A stretch of DNA of 64,000 nt from an uncultured delta proteobacterium (lineage in GTDB: Bacteria; Bdellovibrionota_C; UBA2361; OMII01). Shown piece after piece: positions 19,536 through 30,437 of the stretch (the stretch's first letter is position 1; each line of letters starts with the position of its first letter). The position numbers were made by a program, and so were the translations under genes. Under the pieces are notes generated by a model. The model saw only the letters and a list, made by a program, of their open reading frames with translations, did no database searches and was not told the origin of the DNA. Location: positions 20,320-84,319 of the forward strand of contig CAIVDM010000220.1 in the NCBI GenBank assembly GCA_903904735.1, in the 5' to 3' direction.

Positions 19536-22500
19536 CTACTTCAACTTAAACTGAATCGACAGCGCTCCTCCTTGCGTGCCAGACGCGTTGCTGCCAGAGA
19601 ATGGAACCGCCGTCATTCGGTACACTTGTTTACTATACGTCCATGATGGATAGGAACTTGTCGTGCTTGGCGTTAAAGCGAACGGTCCGTTGTTGTCAAC
19701 CGAGACCGCCGCGGCGTCGATCATCCACTGCACGCTTACCACGCCTGTGCCCGTGAGGTTCGCGCGCACGTTGATTTGTGGGGATGCGCCTAAGTCACTC
19801 ACCGCGATCTCCGCTCCATTGGGAATCGACGTGTAATTAGGAAATGGCTCGCCAGTGGTTGCGTTAATCAGTGTGAGGCTCGAAACCGAGAACGCGGGAT
19901 TGGTTGGATTTACCGTTAGCAGCCCGTTTCGTGCTGAACGCAAGAGAGTGTCGGTAGCCTCTAGCTTAATCAAATAGGTGCCGATGGTTGATGCCGTCAC
20001 TCCCGTCGTCGCCGCTGTGGGCGAGGAAAACGTTAGGGTGCCTGGTCCACGCATCCGGGACCACAAGATGTTTAGAACCCCTGTGGGTAGACCATCATCC
20101 CTCACCGTTCCTTTCAACGTGATATTTGGGCCGTTGGGCACGGTTTGAGGCAAACCAGGGTCAACCGCGGGCGCCTGATTCACTCCAGACGGCGTGTTGG
20201 TCGGGGTCGCCGTCGGTGTCGCCGTGGGGGTTGCGGTAGGAGTATTGGTCGGGGTCGCCGTGGCTACTGGAGTTGGCTCATCTCCTACGACAATGGTGGT
20301 CGTGGCGGTACCTGTCAGACCCGAGGGATCTTTGACGGTCAGCGTAACGGTATAGGTTCCAGCTGTCGCAAACGTCTTACTCGCGATGGCGTTCGTGGAC
20401 GAATCGCCGCCGCCAAGATCCCACACATAGGTCAGCGGATCTCGCTGGGAGTCACTTGAAGCTGATCCATCAAAGATCACGGTTAACGGTGGCGTTCCTG
20501 ACGAGGGTGATTTCTTGATCACAGCCATCGGAGCTGTATTAGCGGCGGTGCTGCCACTTAGGGTGAATAGCACGCTCAAAGCGTCACCTTGAGTTCCTTT
20601 TCCTCCAGCGAGGGAATACGGAACCGCTGTGACAAGATATCGCTTTTTCGTATACACCCATGATGGGAGATCTGTACTCGTACTCGGTTCGATGGAATAC
20701 GGCGCGCTGTCATCAGTGCCTGTGGCCGCGGCATCTTGGAGAAACGCGACGCTTCCAATGCCAGAACCCTGTGTATTCGCGCGCACGTTTATGGCGGTGG
20801 CTCCGAGGGTGGGAAGTGAGATGACAGCACCGTTTTTGATCGCCTCATACCCTGGAATGACCTGATCGGTAGCGGCGTTAATCAGCGACAAACTCGTGAC
20901 CGCGAATGCGGACTGCGCTGGGTTTAGCGTCGCGATCGTGTTTTGCGCCCCACGTAGCAGGGAATCATTGCCCTCTAATTTTATAAGATAGGTTCCCACA
21001 GTCGAGGCGGTAGCGCTTGTTGAGGGCGATGTCGCCGACGCGAACGTGAGAGCGTTCGGTCCCCTCACTCGTGACCAAAGAGCCGTCAGAATTCCCTTCG
21101 GTAGTCCATCATCAAAAAGGGAGCCATTCAGCGCAAATGACTTCCCTACACGCGCGGTCTGTGGCAGTGGAGCCACTACAACTGGCGCCGCGTTGACCGC
21201 TGTGGAGGCGAACACGGTGATCACGCTCGTAGTCTCCGCGTAATAACCCAACGCGTCAGTTACCCTTAGCGTGACTGAATACTTTCCTGGCGCGCTGAAC
21301 GTGCGTGTTACGGAGGCAGTGTCCGCCGTGTCACCAGCGCCAAAATCCCAGCGGTATCGCAGCGCTGTTCCCTCTGGATCAGTCGAATCAGCGGCGCTTA
21401 ATGTTACTTGAAGAGGCGCCAAGCCCGCGAGAGCGCTCGCTGATATAATCGCCGAGGGTGGAAGATTGCGATAAATTGCCTTGAACGACGTAGGCACAAC
21501 ACCGACCGTAAAGGCCCGTTCACGTGACATGAGCCCATCTTCCCATTGAAAGAAGCTTCTTCCCTGATGCAAGGGGTCAGCCACGAGCGTCTGTTGAGAG
21601 TTTTGCACTGGATACGCCGTGTAGGGCGTTAGGACCTGTAACTCCTCATCTATGTAGGTCATCTGTGCGCCGGTCGGCTCACTCAGAAAAGTCGTGTCTG
21701 TCGTTTTTGGATTAACGACCGTACAGGCTTGATCATCCAACCCTTCTCCAGCGGTGGCGAATAGGCAAACCACGAAGCGAGTGTTGTCACTGTGTTCGCT
21801 CGCCTCAAAGCTTCCAGACGAGACCCCTGAGAGCTGATCCACCAAATGTTCGTGAAGGTTGTGACGCTGGATAATCGACCAGGTAAGCGCGCTGTCCGGC
21901 ACGCGCACACCGTTAAACTCCGCGTATCCAGCGAACTGAATTGTGTCACCGATAGCGTAGGTCGTATCAGCGCTGGGAGATGTTATCTGAACTTTCGGCG
22001 GCGTCGTTCCGGTCCGAATCACTACCGATGTCGTCGCCTCGGCGAATGGAGCTGTGGTCTCTCGCACCGTCAAGGTGGCCTCAAACGTGCCCACCGTCTG
22101 ATACACATGGGTTGGATTCGGCGACGATTCACCGCCTCCAGTCCCATCGCCGAAGTCCCACGAATACGAGAGCGACTGCCCATCGGCGTCACTGGTGCCG
22201 GTCGTATCGAACGTTACCGCGAGTGGAATCGATCCACCTATCGGGTTAGCTTTCAATACCGCCGTGGGTGGCGTATTGCTTGAGCCGGTGTAGCGATAGC
22301 GTCTCACCTGGCTTTTGCGCGTGACCAGATCGAGGAATACCGCGTAGAGATTCGTGTCAGGACCGATAAGGAGTTGCACAGCGCCTCCCGAGGGCGATAT
22401 CTCTGTAGCGAATGGGTTTACCGTTGGAATTCCATTGGGATCGAAGGTGAGATATCGAATCGTGTGCTGGGCATAATCAGCGACAAAGAGAGCGCCTCGA

Positions 22501-23726
22501 TACTTAGCTGGATAGGCGGTTCCTGCGTAAAACGCCACACCCGTGACCGATGCCCCCAGATCTTTGCCAGTCGAGTCGACTGGATGACGATATGAAAAAA
22601 CGGGCGCGACCACGGCACCGAGTCCCTGGTTATACAGGGCTTTACAATAATCAGTAGTCCGCGAGAAGCTGCCGAAAGCAGAGTTGACGAGGCTCACCGT
22701 ATTGCCCGTTCCCACAGTGCTGTTAGTGGTGTTGCCGCCTTCATAGCAAGGCCACCCGTGATTGACACCCTTGCCTGAGTTGACCTCTTCCCATGCGCTT
22801 GTCCCCACGTCTCCGAGATACACCTGCCCTGTTGAGGGATTTAGTGTGATTCGAAAAGGATTTCGCATTCCGTATGACCATACTTTCGAGCGATTCGAAT
22901 TGGGCTTAGCTGGATCGTAAAACGGGTTACCCGGAACTCCATATCCCGTATTGGGATCGATGCGTAACACTTTGCCTGATGGCGAGTCCAGCATTTGGCT
23001 ACGAAGAGAAACCTTTGTGGCGCCGCCATAAGGAGCTCCATCACCATGTGATAAGTACAGGTATCCATCCGCGCCAAAGATCGCGCTCCCCGCGCTATGA
23101 GATAGCTCGTCACTTGGGAGGCAGTCTTCAATCGGTGTGCCATCCATCGTAAGACCCGTCATGCAGGATGCAGGCTCAGGAATGATTGTAGCGCCTTGGG
23201 CGAGAACTGGAGCGACGTTGGCGGCGATGCTATTGCGACCAAGGATCGTCTCCATCGTTCCGGGTAAAGCGACGTTGTAGTTTTTAGCGGCGTCGGCCTG
23301 CACTCGCACAAGACGCGACACTCGTGGCGCCGTGTCATCGGCCAGCAATTCAGGGGGATCGTAGGTGAAGAAGAGATAGACATAGGGGCGCGTCGGGAAC
23401 TGCGGGTCCAACGCGATTCCTCCTAGCCCTCGGTCTGTTCGACGATTCGTAATCGCCGATATATCGATAAAGGGCGTGGCGAGTAGCTGTCCATCTTGCG
23501 CGACACGAACGATGCCTTCTTTTAACGCCAGGTAAAAACGTCCTTCATGCCCAAATGCCACCGACGTCGCCGGTGGGAGATCCGAGAGAAGAATGTCCTC
23601 AACAAATCCGCTTCCTCCGACTAGCTGTGACTGCGCGACGGCGCTCATCGGCTTGGCTAATCCTGTGAGACAGAGCAGAGCGAACCAGAGCAACCGAATT
23701 TTTTGAATAAGAGTCATGCTGTCCAC
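19536..23726 (-). CDS. secreted glucose/sorbosone dehydrogenase-like (PQQ-type beta-propeller) protein with PKD domains and a duplicated C-terminal module
   Basis: signal peptide; DRGLGGIALDPQF, SHSAGSAIFGADGYLY, YGMRNPFR, WEEVN..G.NHGWPCYEG; three PKD WDFG/WDLG motifs; PT linker. Confidence 0.82.
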   Translation of the reverse strand: MDSMTLIQKIRLLWFALLCLTGLAKPMSAVAQSQLVGGSGFVEDILLSDLPPATSVAFGHEGRFYLALKEGIVRVAQDGQLLATPFIDISAITNRRTDRGLGGIALDPQFPTRPYVYLFFTYDPPELLADDTAPRVSRLVRVQADAAKNYNVALPGTMETILGRNSIAANVAPVLAQGATIIPEPASCMTGLTMDGTPIEDCLPSDELSHSAGSAIFGADGYLYLSHGDGAPYGGATKVSLRSQMLDSPSGKVLRIDPNTGYGVPGNPFYDPAKPNSNRSKVWSYGMRNPFRITLNPSTGQVYLGDVGTSAWEEVNSGKGVNHGWPCYEGGNTTNSTVGTGNTVSLVNSAFGSFSRTTDYCKALYNQGLGAVVAPVFSYRHPVDSTGKDLGASVTGVAFYAGTAYPAKYRGALFVADYAQHTIRYLTFDPNGIPTVNPFATEISPSGGAVQLLIGPDTNLYAVFLDLVTRKSQVRRYRYTGSSNTPPTAVLKANPIGGSIPLAVTFDTTGTSDADGQSLSYSWDFGDGTGGGESSPNPTHVYQTVGTFEATLTVRETTAPFAEATTSVVIRTGTTPPKVQITSPSADTTYAIGDTIQFAGYAEFNGVRVPDSALTWSIIQRHNLHEHLVDQLSGVSSGSFEASEHSDNTRFVVCLFATAGEGLDDQACTVVNPKTTDTTFLSEPTGAQMTYIDEELQVLTPYTAYPVQNSQQTLVADPLHQGRSFFQWEDGLMSRERAFTVGVVPTSFKAIYRNLPPSAIISASALAGLAPLQVTLSAADSTDPEGTALRYRWDFGAGDTADTASVTRTFSAPGKYSVTLRVTDALGYYAETTSVITVFASTAVNAAPVVVAPLPQTARVGKSFALNGSLFDDGLPKGILTALWSRVRGPNALTFASATSPSTSATASTVGTYLIKLEGNDSLLRGAQNTIATLNPAQSAFAVTSLSLINAATDQVIPGYEAIKNGAVISLPTLGATAINVRANTQGSGIGSVAFLQDAAATGTDDSAPYSIEPSTSTDLPSWVYTKKRYLVTAVPYSLAGGKGTQGDALSVLFTLSGSTAANTAPMAVIKKSPSSGTPPLTVIFDGSASSDSQRDPLTYVWDLGGGDSSTNAIASKTFATAGTYTVTLTVKDPSGLTGTATTTIVVGDEPTPVATATPTNTPTATPTATPTATPTNTPSGVNQAPAVDPGLPQTVPNGPNITLKGTVRDDGLPTGVLNILWSRMRGPGTLTFSSPTAATTGVTASTIGTYLIKLEATDTLLRSARNGLLTVNPTNPAFSVSSLTLINATTGEPFPNYTSIPNGAEIAVSDLGASPQINVRANLTGTGVVSVQWMIDAAAVSVDNNGPFALTPSTTSSYPSWTYSKQVYRMTAVPFSGSNASGTQGGALSIQFKLK
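20190..20280 (-). repeat. low-complexity Pro/Thr linker repeat (TPTA/TPTN)n inside the PKD protein
   Basis: translation PTPVATATPTNTPTATPTATPTATPTNTPS; 12-nt periodic DNA. Confidence 0.8.
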
Positions 23727-24070
23727 CTCGTAGATTAGCTTTGAAGTGAGTCTATAGCGTGCTCATGCCCGCGCATGCATGAGATTGGTCATGGATAGGA
23801 CCGCCACTTCACGAGTCTCCTCACGACAAACGTCGCAGAAGCGCGCATTAATCGATCTCTCACCGCCGCTTTTCGCGACCGTGATATTTATGCTGAAGAG
23901 ATGGGAGGGCGCGCCTCGCCTCTCGAACGCTCAGGAAATAAAAGGTTCCGCGCTGAAGACTCGGTTTCAATCTATCTCTATGAGTCGCACGTTGAGAAAA
24001 TCGGGCACTGATTTCCGTACCCACCTTCGGGGATAACTGGCTGCGTACGGAATTCAAAAAAGGGAGAAAA

Positions 24071-24146
24071 TGGTGGGCGCTGCAGGGATCGAACCTACGA
24101 CATTCAGCTTGTAAGGCTGACGCTCTACCAACTGAGCTAAGCGCCC
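24071..24146 (-). tRNA. tRNA-Val(TAC)
   Basis: GGGCGCTTAGCTCAGTTGGTAGAGCG TCAGC-CT-TAC-AA-GCTGA ... GGTTCGATCC...GCGCCCACCA; 76 nt with encoded CCA. Confidence 0.96.
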
Positions 24147-24287
24147 GCAAGATTTCCAGCTATCGTTTAACGTCGCGGGTGACGCTAAAAGTCGTCTCTG
24201 TCTTAATGCTCGCCGGCTCGCATTAAGCGTCGATTTGATACATTCTATCGACTAGGGTTGGGACACTAACGACACCGACGGGAAAAG

Positions 24288-25352
24288 TCAACTAGGTCGC
24301 GGAGCGATATCAGTGTGAGCGAAAAGCTCCTTACTTACCACTGGGTTACTAATCCTCCAGATGCAGCCATCGATAAAGTAGTGGTGGATATTAATAACCG
24401 ACGCTATCACTACCCACACCGAATTTGCACCGGGTCCCATCTCTTCCGCCATCCACGGAATCCCCGCAAAAACCAGGGCACTACCGGTTAAAAGCACTAG
24501 ACTGTACGGCATCAGGGCTCTGGAGAGTTGGGAGGAAGCCGTCGTGGTCACCGCGCTCGACAATCGATTGAGCTCCACCCTCATGGGGAATGGCAGGTAC
24601 TGGATGGCATGGAATATCTGTACCCAGAAGAGCGCGTTTGGATTAAAAAACAGAAAAACATACCACACGTACAACGCCACATAAGGAACGACCACTCGAG
24701 ATGTGACCCGCTGACCCCCAGCCCCCCTAACACGCCAAAGAGCGGCAAAGCCGGCGAGCATCGACAGCACCGCGACGTAATTCATTATCCGCGAAGATAA
24801 ATTCAGGAGCGTCAGAGTCGCGCCATCTGGGGTCCACAAAAGCCGTATGGCCCATAACGCATGCCATGCCGCCATCGCTTTTAGCGAAAGCCGCAGAGTC
24901 GATTTTTGCCCTGGCGTGAATCTAATACTATCCAGATAGGCGAAGGACGCCATCATCCCCCAGGTCTGACCCGTATAATGCAACGCCAGGTACACAGAGG
25001 CGGTCGCGATCAAAATCTGAACTGGAAGGGTCAAGGCGGGATTCACCGCGAGCGCGCCTAATGCCCCAAGGGCGTATACTACCAAGAGCAGCGGCAGATA
25101 GACCGAAGCCCAGGGATACGCTCGCGCGAACTCCCACGATGAATACAGAAGTCGATAGGAAGCGAGAAAATGCGTGCCGTTTAACGCGACTGTGAGAATC
25201 AGAAACTTCTCTAGGACAAGTTCGGAGGATATGAGGAAGCTAGTGGCGCAGAGTAGGCACAGCACCAGAATGGAAGCTCCGCCAAATAACCACACGTCCA
25301 GCGCGGGAGCCACGATGGTACGACGGGGTGAACACAGGCTCGAATCACTCAT
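24288..25352 (-). CDS. uncharacterised multi-pass membrane protein with conserved-looking His motifs
   Basis: about 9-10 TM segments; HFLASY, HYTGQTWG, HAIQYL, NIHHYFIDGCIW. Confidence 0.75.
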   Translation of the reverse strand: MSDSSLCSPRRTIVAPALDVWLFGGASILVLCLLCATSFLISSELVLEKFLILTVALNGTHFLASYRLLYSSWEFARAYPWASVYLPLLLVVYALGALGALAVNPALTLPVQILIATASVYLALHYTGQTWGMMASFAYLDSIRFTPGQKSTLRLSLKAMAAWHALWAIRLLWTPDGATLTLLNLSSRIMNYVAVLSMLAGFAALWRVRGAGGQRVTSRVVVPYVALYVWYVFLFFNPNALFWVQIFHAIQYLPFPMRVELNRLSSAVTTTASSQLSRALMPYSLVLLTGSALVFAGIPWMAEEMGPGANSVWVVIASVINIHHYFIDGCIWRISNPVVSKELFAHTDIAPRPS

Positions 25353-25407
25353 CGCACTATTCGAGAAAACCCGGAAATTATTAAGCCCTCAACAGCGGTG
25401 TTTAGCC

Positions 25408-25466
25408 ACACGAAGGGCGCGTGGCCATCACCTTGAGAGGTGGTGAACAGCACGCGCCCTTCGTGT
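25408..25466 (-). terminator. long stem-loop immediately 3' of lon (terminator or mRNA stabiliser)
   Basis: perfect 16-bp inverted repeat ACACGAAGGGCGCGTG/CACGCGCCCTTCGTGT enclosing an inner hairpin CATCACCT-TGAG-AGGTGGTG; no U-tract. Confidence 0.6.
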
Positions 25467-25470
25467 TCGA

Positions 25471-27933
25471 TTAGTGAGCGACAATACTTGGCGCTGGCGC
25501 CTTCTCGTCTCTCCCCTCACCCGCTCCGGCGTCGTCCCTTTTCTTCTCCTCAGAATAAAGAAGCTCATCGCGAACCTTCTTATTCTGAATCATTGTGGCG
25601 AAGTCCTGAGGAGTGCGGCAACGAAGGGCCTCAAAGAGCACTTCGTCCACATGTGATACCGGGATCAGTTCCAATTCATTACGAACCGTAACTGGAATTT
25701 CCTCGATATCGTTCTCATTCTCCTTCGGGAGCAAGACGCGCTTGATACCTCCGCGGTGCGCGGCAAGCGCCTTCTCTTTGAGCCCTCCGATGGGCAGCAC
25801 ATTGCCTCGGAGCGTTATCTCTCCGGTCATGGCTATCTGCTTGTCGATCGGAATACCCGTCAACGCCGATACCATAGAGGTCGCCATCGTAATACCAGCC
25901 GATGGACCATCTTTCGGAATCGCGCCCTCTGGAACGTGCACATGGATGTCGATCTTATCGTAGAAATATCTCGGTAGACCGAACATCGAGGCTCGCGATC
26001 GGACATAGCTAAGAGCCGCGCGAGCGGATTCCTGCATAACCTCTCCGAGCTTACCAGTGATCTGCAAACGTCCCCGCCCTGGGAGAATCGTCGTCTCGAT
26101 AACCAATAGCTCGCCGCCTTTATCTGTCCACGCGAGACCAGTAGCGAGACCAACCTGATCAAGCTCCTCGGACTTGCCGTAACGGAACTTCGGCTGCCCT
26201 AGGAACTTAGGCAAGTTGTCCGTGGTGATAGAAACCACCGTATCCATCCCCTTATCGACGATCTCAATCGCCGCCTTACGACACAACGTAGCGATCATTC
26301 GCTCGAGGCTTCGAACTCCGGCCTCCCGGGTGTAGCGGTTTATCACCTCTGAATACACCCCGTCCTGAACTTTAACGTGCTCAGGCTTGAGACCATTCTC
26401 CCCTAGTTGCTTCTCGATAAGATACTTCTTACAGATCGCGATCTTCTCAAGCTCGGTGTAGCCCGACAAACGGATGATCTCCATACGATCCATCAACGGC
26501 TGCGGAATGGTATGAAGCGAGTTCGCCGTCGTGATGAACATCACCTTCGACAAATCGTAATCGCAGTCGAGGTAGTGGTCATTAAACGAATCGTTCTGCT
26601 CAGGATCGAGAACTTCGAGAAGCGCCGATGACGGGTCTCCTCGGAAGTCGGTCGACATCTTATCCACCTCATCAAGCAGGAACACAGGGTTACTGGTACC
26701 AGCTTTCTTGAGAGATTGAATAATCTTGCCCGGCAACGCTCCGATGTAAGTTCTTCGGTGACCTCGAATCTCCGCCTCATCACGCACGCCACCAAGGGCG
26801 ACACGCACGAACTTGCGCCCGGTCGATTTAGCGATCGACTTACCGAGCGAGGTCTTACCAACGCCTGGGGGGCCAACAAGACAAAGGATTGGTCCACGAA
26901 TTTTGCCAACTAACTTCTGAACCGCGAGGTATTCAAGAATACGCTCCTTGACCTTCTCAAGGCCGTAATGATCCTCGTCGAGAACCTCACGGGCCTTCTC
27001 CATGTCGATCTCCTCCTTGGACACCTCGTTCCAAGGCAGCGCCAACATCCAGTCGACGTAGTTTCGAACTACCGTCGCCTCAGCTGACATCGGGGACATC
27101 ATCTTAAGCTTGCGGATCTCTTTCTCGGTCTTATCCTTAGCCTCTTCAGGCATATCCTTGGCTTTGAACTTGTCCTCGATCTCCTGAATCTCGTTTCGGA
27201 AATCGTCCTTTTCGCCAAGTTCTTTCTGAATCGCTCGCATCTGCTCGTTGAGGTAGTACTCCTTCTGAGTCTTCTCCATCTGCTTCTTAACGCGGCTGCG
27301 GATGCGCTTCTCAACTTGGAGGATCTCGATCTCGGATTTCATGTGACCAAGAATCTTCTCAAGTCTCGCCTGTGGCTCGATAGTCTCAAGAATCTCCTGC
27401 TTGTCCTCAAGCTTGATGTTCAACTGAACGACGATCGCGTCAGCCAATCGGGACGGATCCTCGATCGCGTTGACCTGCATAATCATCTCAGGATTAACTT
27501 TCTTGCCGAGCTTAACGTAATTCTCAAAGGTCACATTAACCGACCGCATGAGAGCCTTTAGCTCCGTTGAGACTTCCGCGTTCGGCACGATCTCCTCGAC
27601 ATCAACGAGCATGAAATCGTCCTCACGAACGAACTTCTTGACCTTGGCGCGGCACTTTCCTTCGACCAGCACCTTAATCGGGCCATCCGCGAGCCTTATA
27701 AGCTGCACCACTTCACCCAAAGTACCCGTGGTGTATATGTCCTTGGGCCCAGGATTACTCGTCCTGGCGTCCTTTTGGGCGGCCAGAAATATGTATTTTC
27801 CTTCGCGTTGCGACTCCTCGATCGCGCGAACGCTCTTTTCTCGCCCCACGAACAACGGGACTACCTGCTGCGGAAACACTACTAGTTCACGAAGTGGAAG
27901 GAGGGGGATTGGATTCGTAATCGGTGGCTTCAT
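25471..27933 (-). CDS. lon: ATP-dependent protease La (Lon)
   Basis: [39 protein letters not shown] (catalytic Ser), IGGLKEK (catalytic Lys). Confidence 0.97.
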   Translation of the reverse strand: MKPPITNPIPLLPLRELVVFPQQVVPLFVGREKSVRAIEESQREGKYIFLAAQKDARTSNPGPKDIYTTGTLGEVVQLIRLADGPIKVLVEGKCRAKVKKFVREDDFMLVDVEEIVPNAEVSTELKALMRSVNVTFENYVKLGKKVNPEMIMQVNAIEDPSRLADAIVVQLNIKLEDKQEILETIEPQARLEKILGHMKSEIEILQVEKRIRSRVKKQMEKTQKEYYLNEQMRAIQKELGEKDDFRNEIQEIEDKFKAKDMPEEAKDKTEKEIRKLKMMSPMSAEATVVRNYVDWMLALPWNEVSKEEIDMEKAREVLDEDHYGLEKVKERILEYLAVQKLVGKIRGPILCLVGPPGVGKTSLGKSIAKSTGRKFVRVALGGVRDEAEIRGHRRTYIGALPGKIIQSLKKAGTSNPVFLLDEVDKMSTDFRGDPSSALLEVLDPEQNDSFNDHYLDCDYDLSKVMFITTANSLHTIPQPLMDRMEIIRLSGYTELEKIAICKKYLIEKQLGENGLKPEHVKVQDGVYSEVINRYTREAGVRSLERMIATLCRKAAIEIVDKGMDTVVSITTDNLPKFLGQPKFRYGKSEELDQVGLATGLAWTDKGGELLVIETTILPGRGRLQITGKLGEVMQESARAALSYVRSRASMFGLPRYFYDKIDIHVHVPEGAIPKDGPSAGITMATSMVSALTGIPIDKQIAMTGEITLRGNVLPIGGLKEKALAAHRGGIKRVLLPKENENDIEEIPVTVRNELELIPVSHVDEVLFEALRCRTPQDFATMIQNKKVRDELLYSEEKKRDDAGAGEGRDEKAPAPSIVAH

Positions 27934-28201
27934 TGTCTCTCTCAGAAGTTAGGTACCCAGATTAACCTGCTTCGCGTTGCTCTAAAGGCAAACTATCGCC
28001 TATCTCAGACGATGCTTCGCTTTTTCGAGCAAGCGAACATAACCGTTTGTTTTTACTGCTTTCACAGTAGCACAGTTTAGGATGTTCGCACCCTATCTAT
28101 ATCTAAGATGCTAAATGAGCGGAAAAAAAATCACAATAAATACTACCTCTAGCGAGGCGAGCATCAACAATCGTTCTAGAACGAAAATCGTCTTCCGCGC
28201 T

Positions 28202-29470
28202 CTATGCGGACTCGGCGTGCTGGTACACTATCAGCGGCTTCTCGCCCTTTACCACGGCATCTTCGGAAACGATCACTTCTTTTATATCGGGCTCAGAAGG
28301 TACATCGTACATAACTTCGAGCATGATCGATTCCAAGATGGCGCGCAAACCACGCGCGCCGGCTTTGCGCTCTATCGCCTGCTTAGCGATCGCCAACAAC
28401 GCGCCTTCCGTGAAACGAAGCTGCACATTCTCCATGTCGAAAAGCTTCTTGTACTGCTTCGTCAACGCGTTCTTTGGGTCTACGAGAATCTTTATCAGCG
28501 CGCCCTCGTCGAGGTCATCAAGCACAGCGATCATCGGCAATCGTCCGATAAACTCGGGAATTAAACCAAACTTAAGGAGGTCCTCGGGCTGAACCATGCT
28601 CAAGAGCGACCGCTTCTCGTCTTTCTTAATTCGCTCGACGTCTTTCGCCCCCTTCGTGTGAGCGCCGAAACCGAGCTTCTTCTCACCGACTCGTCGACGA
28701 ATAATATCTTCAAGACCAACGAACGCTCCTCCGCAAATAAAGAGTATGTTGCTCGTATCGACTTGCAAAAACTCCTGCTGTGGATGCTTTCTCCCACCCT
28801 TCGGGGGAACACTAGCGACCGTCCCCTCGAGCATCTTGAGAAGGGCTTGCTGCACCCCTTCACCTGAGACGTCACGAGTTATCGAGGGATTCTCAGCCTT
28901 GCGCGATATCTTATCGATCTCATCGATATACACGATTCCGCGCTGCGCTTTGTCGACATCGTAGTCCGCGTTCTGGAGAAGGTTGAGGATGATATTCTCC
29001 ACATCCTCTCCAACGTAGCCGGCTTCCGTCAGCGTAGTCGCGTCAGTGATAGTGAAGGGCACCTGTAGGATGCGCGCGAGAGTCTGCGCCAGGAGAGTTT
29101 TTCCTGTACCGGTCGGACCAATAAGCAGGATATTTGATTTGGCTATCTCTACATCTCCCGACGTCGCTTTAGCCTCGAGGCGTTTGTAGTGGTTGTGAAC
29201 AGCGACGGAGAGCGCCTTCTTGGCCATTTCCTGCCCAACGACGTACTGATCGAGAAAGCCCTTAATCTCTTTTGGCTTCGGCAATTTCGACGACGTAGCT
29301 GGCACTGCCTCAGAGTCCACCTCTTCGGCTATAATGTCGTTGCACAACTCAATACATTCATCGCAGATGTACACCGCTGGTCCCGCGATCAGCTTTCGCA
29401 CCTCCTCTTGAGAGCGATTACAAAAGGAACAAACGAGTGTGTGCCTATTCTTGTCATTAGACTTGCTCAT
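28202..29470 (-). CDS. clpX: ClpX ATPase (canonical operon copy)
   Basis: zinc finger CSFC...[39 protein letters not shown]; downstream of clpP. Confidence 0.97.
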   Translation of the reverse strand: MSKSNDKNRHTLVCSFCNRSQEEVRKLIAGPAVYICDECIELCNDIIAEEVDSEAVPATSSKLPKPKEIKGFLDQYVVGQEMAKKALSVAVHNHYKRLEAKATSGDVEIAKSNILLIGPTGTGKTLLAQTLARILQVPFTITDATTLTEAGYVGEDVENIILNLLQNADYDVDKAQRGIVYIDEIDKISRKAENPSITRDVSGEGVQQALLKMLEGTVASVPPKGGRKHPQQEFLQVDTSNILFICGGAFVGLEDIIRRRVGEKKLGFGAHTKGAKDVERIKKDEKRSLLSMVQPEDLLKFGLIPEFIGRLPMIAVLDDLDEGALIKILVDPKNALTKQYKKLFDMENVQLRFTEGALLAIAKQAIERKAGARGLRAILESIMLEVMYDVPSEPDIKEVIVSEDAVVKGEKPLIVYQHAESA

Positions 29471-29526
29471 TACTCGACTCCCTCATTTGCGTTTCTCAGG
29501 ACAATTACACTCTACGCTGATGATGC

Positions 29527-30129
29527 TTAAGCTTTCTTCTCTTCCCCAGCGCGTCGATCGAATACCGAGTCGATCAATCCATACTCACGAGCCTGCTCGG
29601 AAGTCATGAAGAAATCGCGATCGCTATCTACCTCTACCTGCTTCAGCGGCTTTCCGGAGTGGCGCGCGAGGATGTGATTGAGCTCCTGCTTAACCCGCAA
29701 CATTTCACGCGCATGAATCTCGACATCCGACGCCTGGCCACTGAATCCGCCGAGCGGCTGATGGATCATGATACGCGAGTGCGGAAGAGCCGAGCGTTTT
29801 CCCGCCGCTCCGCCGGCGAGCAAGACCGCGCCCATGCTGGCAGCCTGTCCCACACATACTGTCGCGACATCTGGCTTGATGTATTGCATGGTGTCGTAGA
29901 TCGCCATGCCCGAGGTCACCACTCCGCCAGGACTGTTGATATACAGGAAGATATCCTTCTCTGGATCCTCGCTTTCCAAAAAGAGGAACTGGGCGATAAT
30001 GAGATTGGCGACAACATCATTCACGTCCGTGCCAAGAAAAATAATTCGCTCTTTAAGAAGACGAGAATAAATGTCGTACGAACGCTCGCCGCGACCGGTT
30101 TGCTCTATGACGAAAGGTATATAAGCCAT
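29527..30129 (-). CDS. clpP: ATP-dependent Clp protease proteolytic subunit
   Basis: [29 protein letters not shown] (Ser), RIMIHQP (His), DRDFFM. Confidence 0.97.
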   Translation of the reverse strand: MAYIPFVIEQTGRGERSYDIYSRLLKERIIFLGTDVNDVVANLIIAQFLFLESEDPEKDIFLYINSPGGVVTSGMAIYDTMQYIKPDVATVCVGQAASMGAVLLAGGAAGKRSALPHSRIMIHQPLGGFSGQASDVEIHAREMLRVKQELNHILARHSGKPLKQVEVDSDRDFFMTSEQAREYGLIDSVFDRRAGEEKKA

Positions 30130-30356
30130 TTTACTATCCTACTGTGTGTACTCCGCGGACGCTCGCGGCAGGTTGTCTAACTTCGTACCGCCTAACCTAG
30201 TACCTTGCGGTGCTTCAGACAACCACAGAGTGACTACCACGACGCTGAAAAACTTCAAGCTTCTGAGCGCCCTATCTGAATCTAGCCACTTCTCAAGCTA
30301 CAAAAAGCTCTCGAGCTAAGCAACTAAACTTCACGATACCTCTTCATGGTTATGAC

Positions 30357-30410
30357 AAAAGCGGCGAGTCAGATAGCACAGGTCGCCATGACCCGCTCTA
30401 GACTCGCCGC
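30357..30410 (-). terminator. intrinsic terminator-like hairpin between tig and clpP
   Basis: GCGGCGAGTC...GACTCGCCGC 10-bp perfect stem with inner GGTC/GACC hairpin, followed by TTTT on the minus strand. Confidence 0.6.
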
Positions 30411-30437
30411 TCAAGTAATTTTTCGTGTCGCCGCGCG

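Noticed and set aside
20190-20280. Short periodic repeats as a possible CRISPR or VNTR element
   Set aside because: They are in-frame Pro/Thr linker codons with no spacers and no cas genes.
19536-24146. Possible genomic island integrated at tRNA-Val or tRNA-Leu
   Set aside because: No integrase or transposase, and no duplicated tRNA 3' end (att site) was seen in the window.
23860-24150. 96-aa ORF over tRNA-Val
   Set aside because: It is a translation of the tRNA sequence with no protein features.
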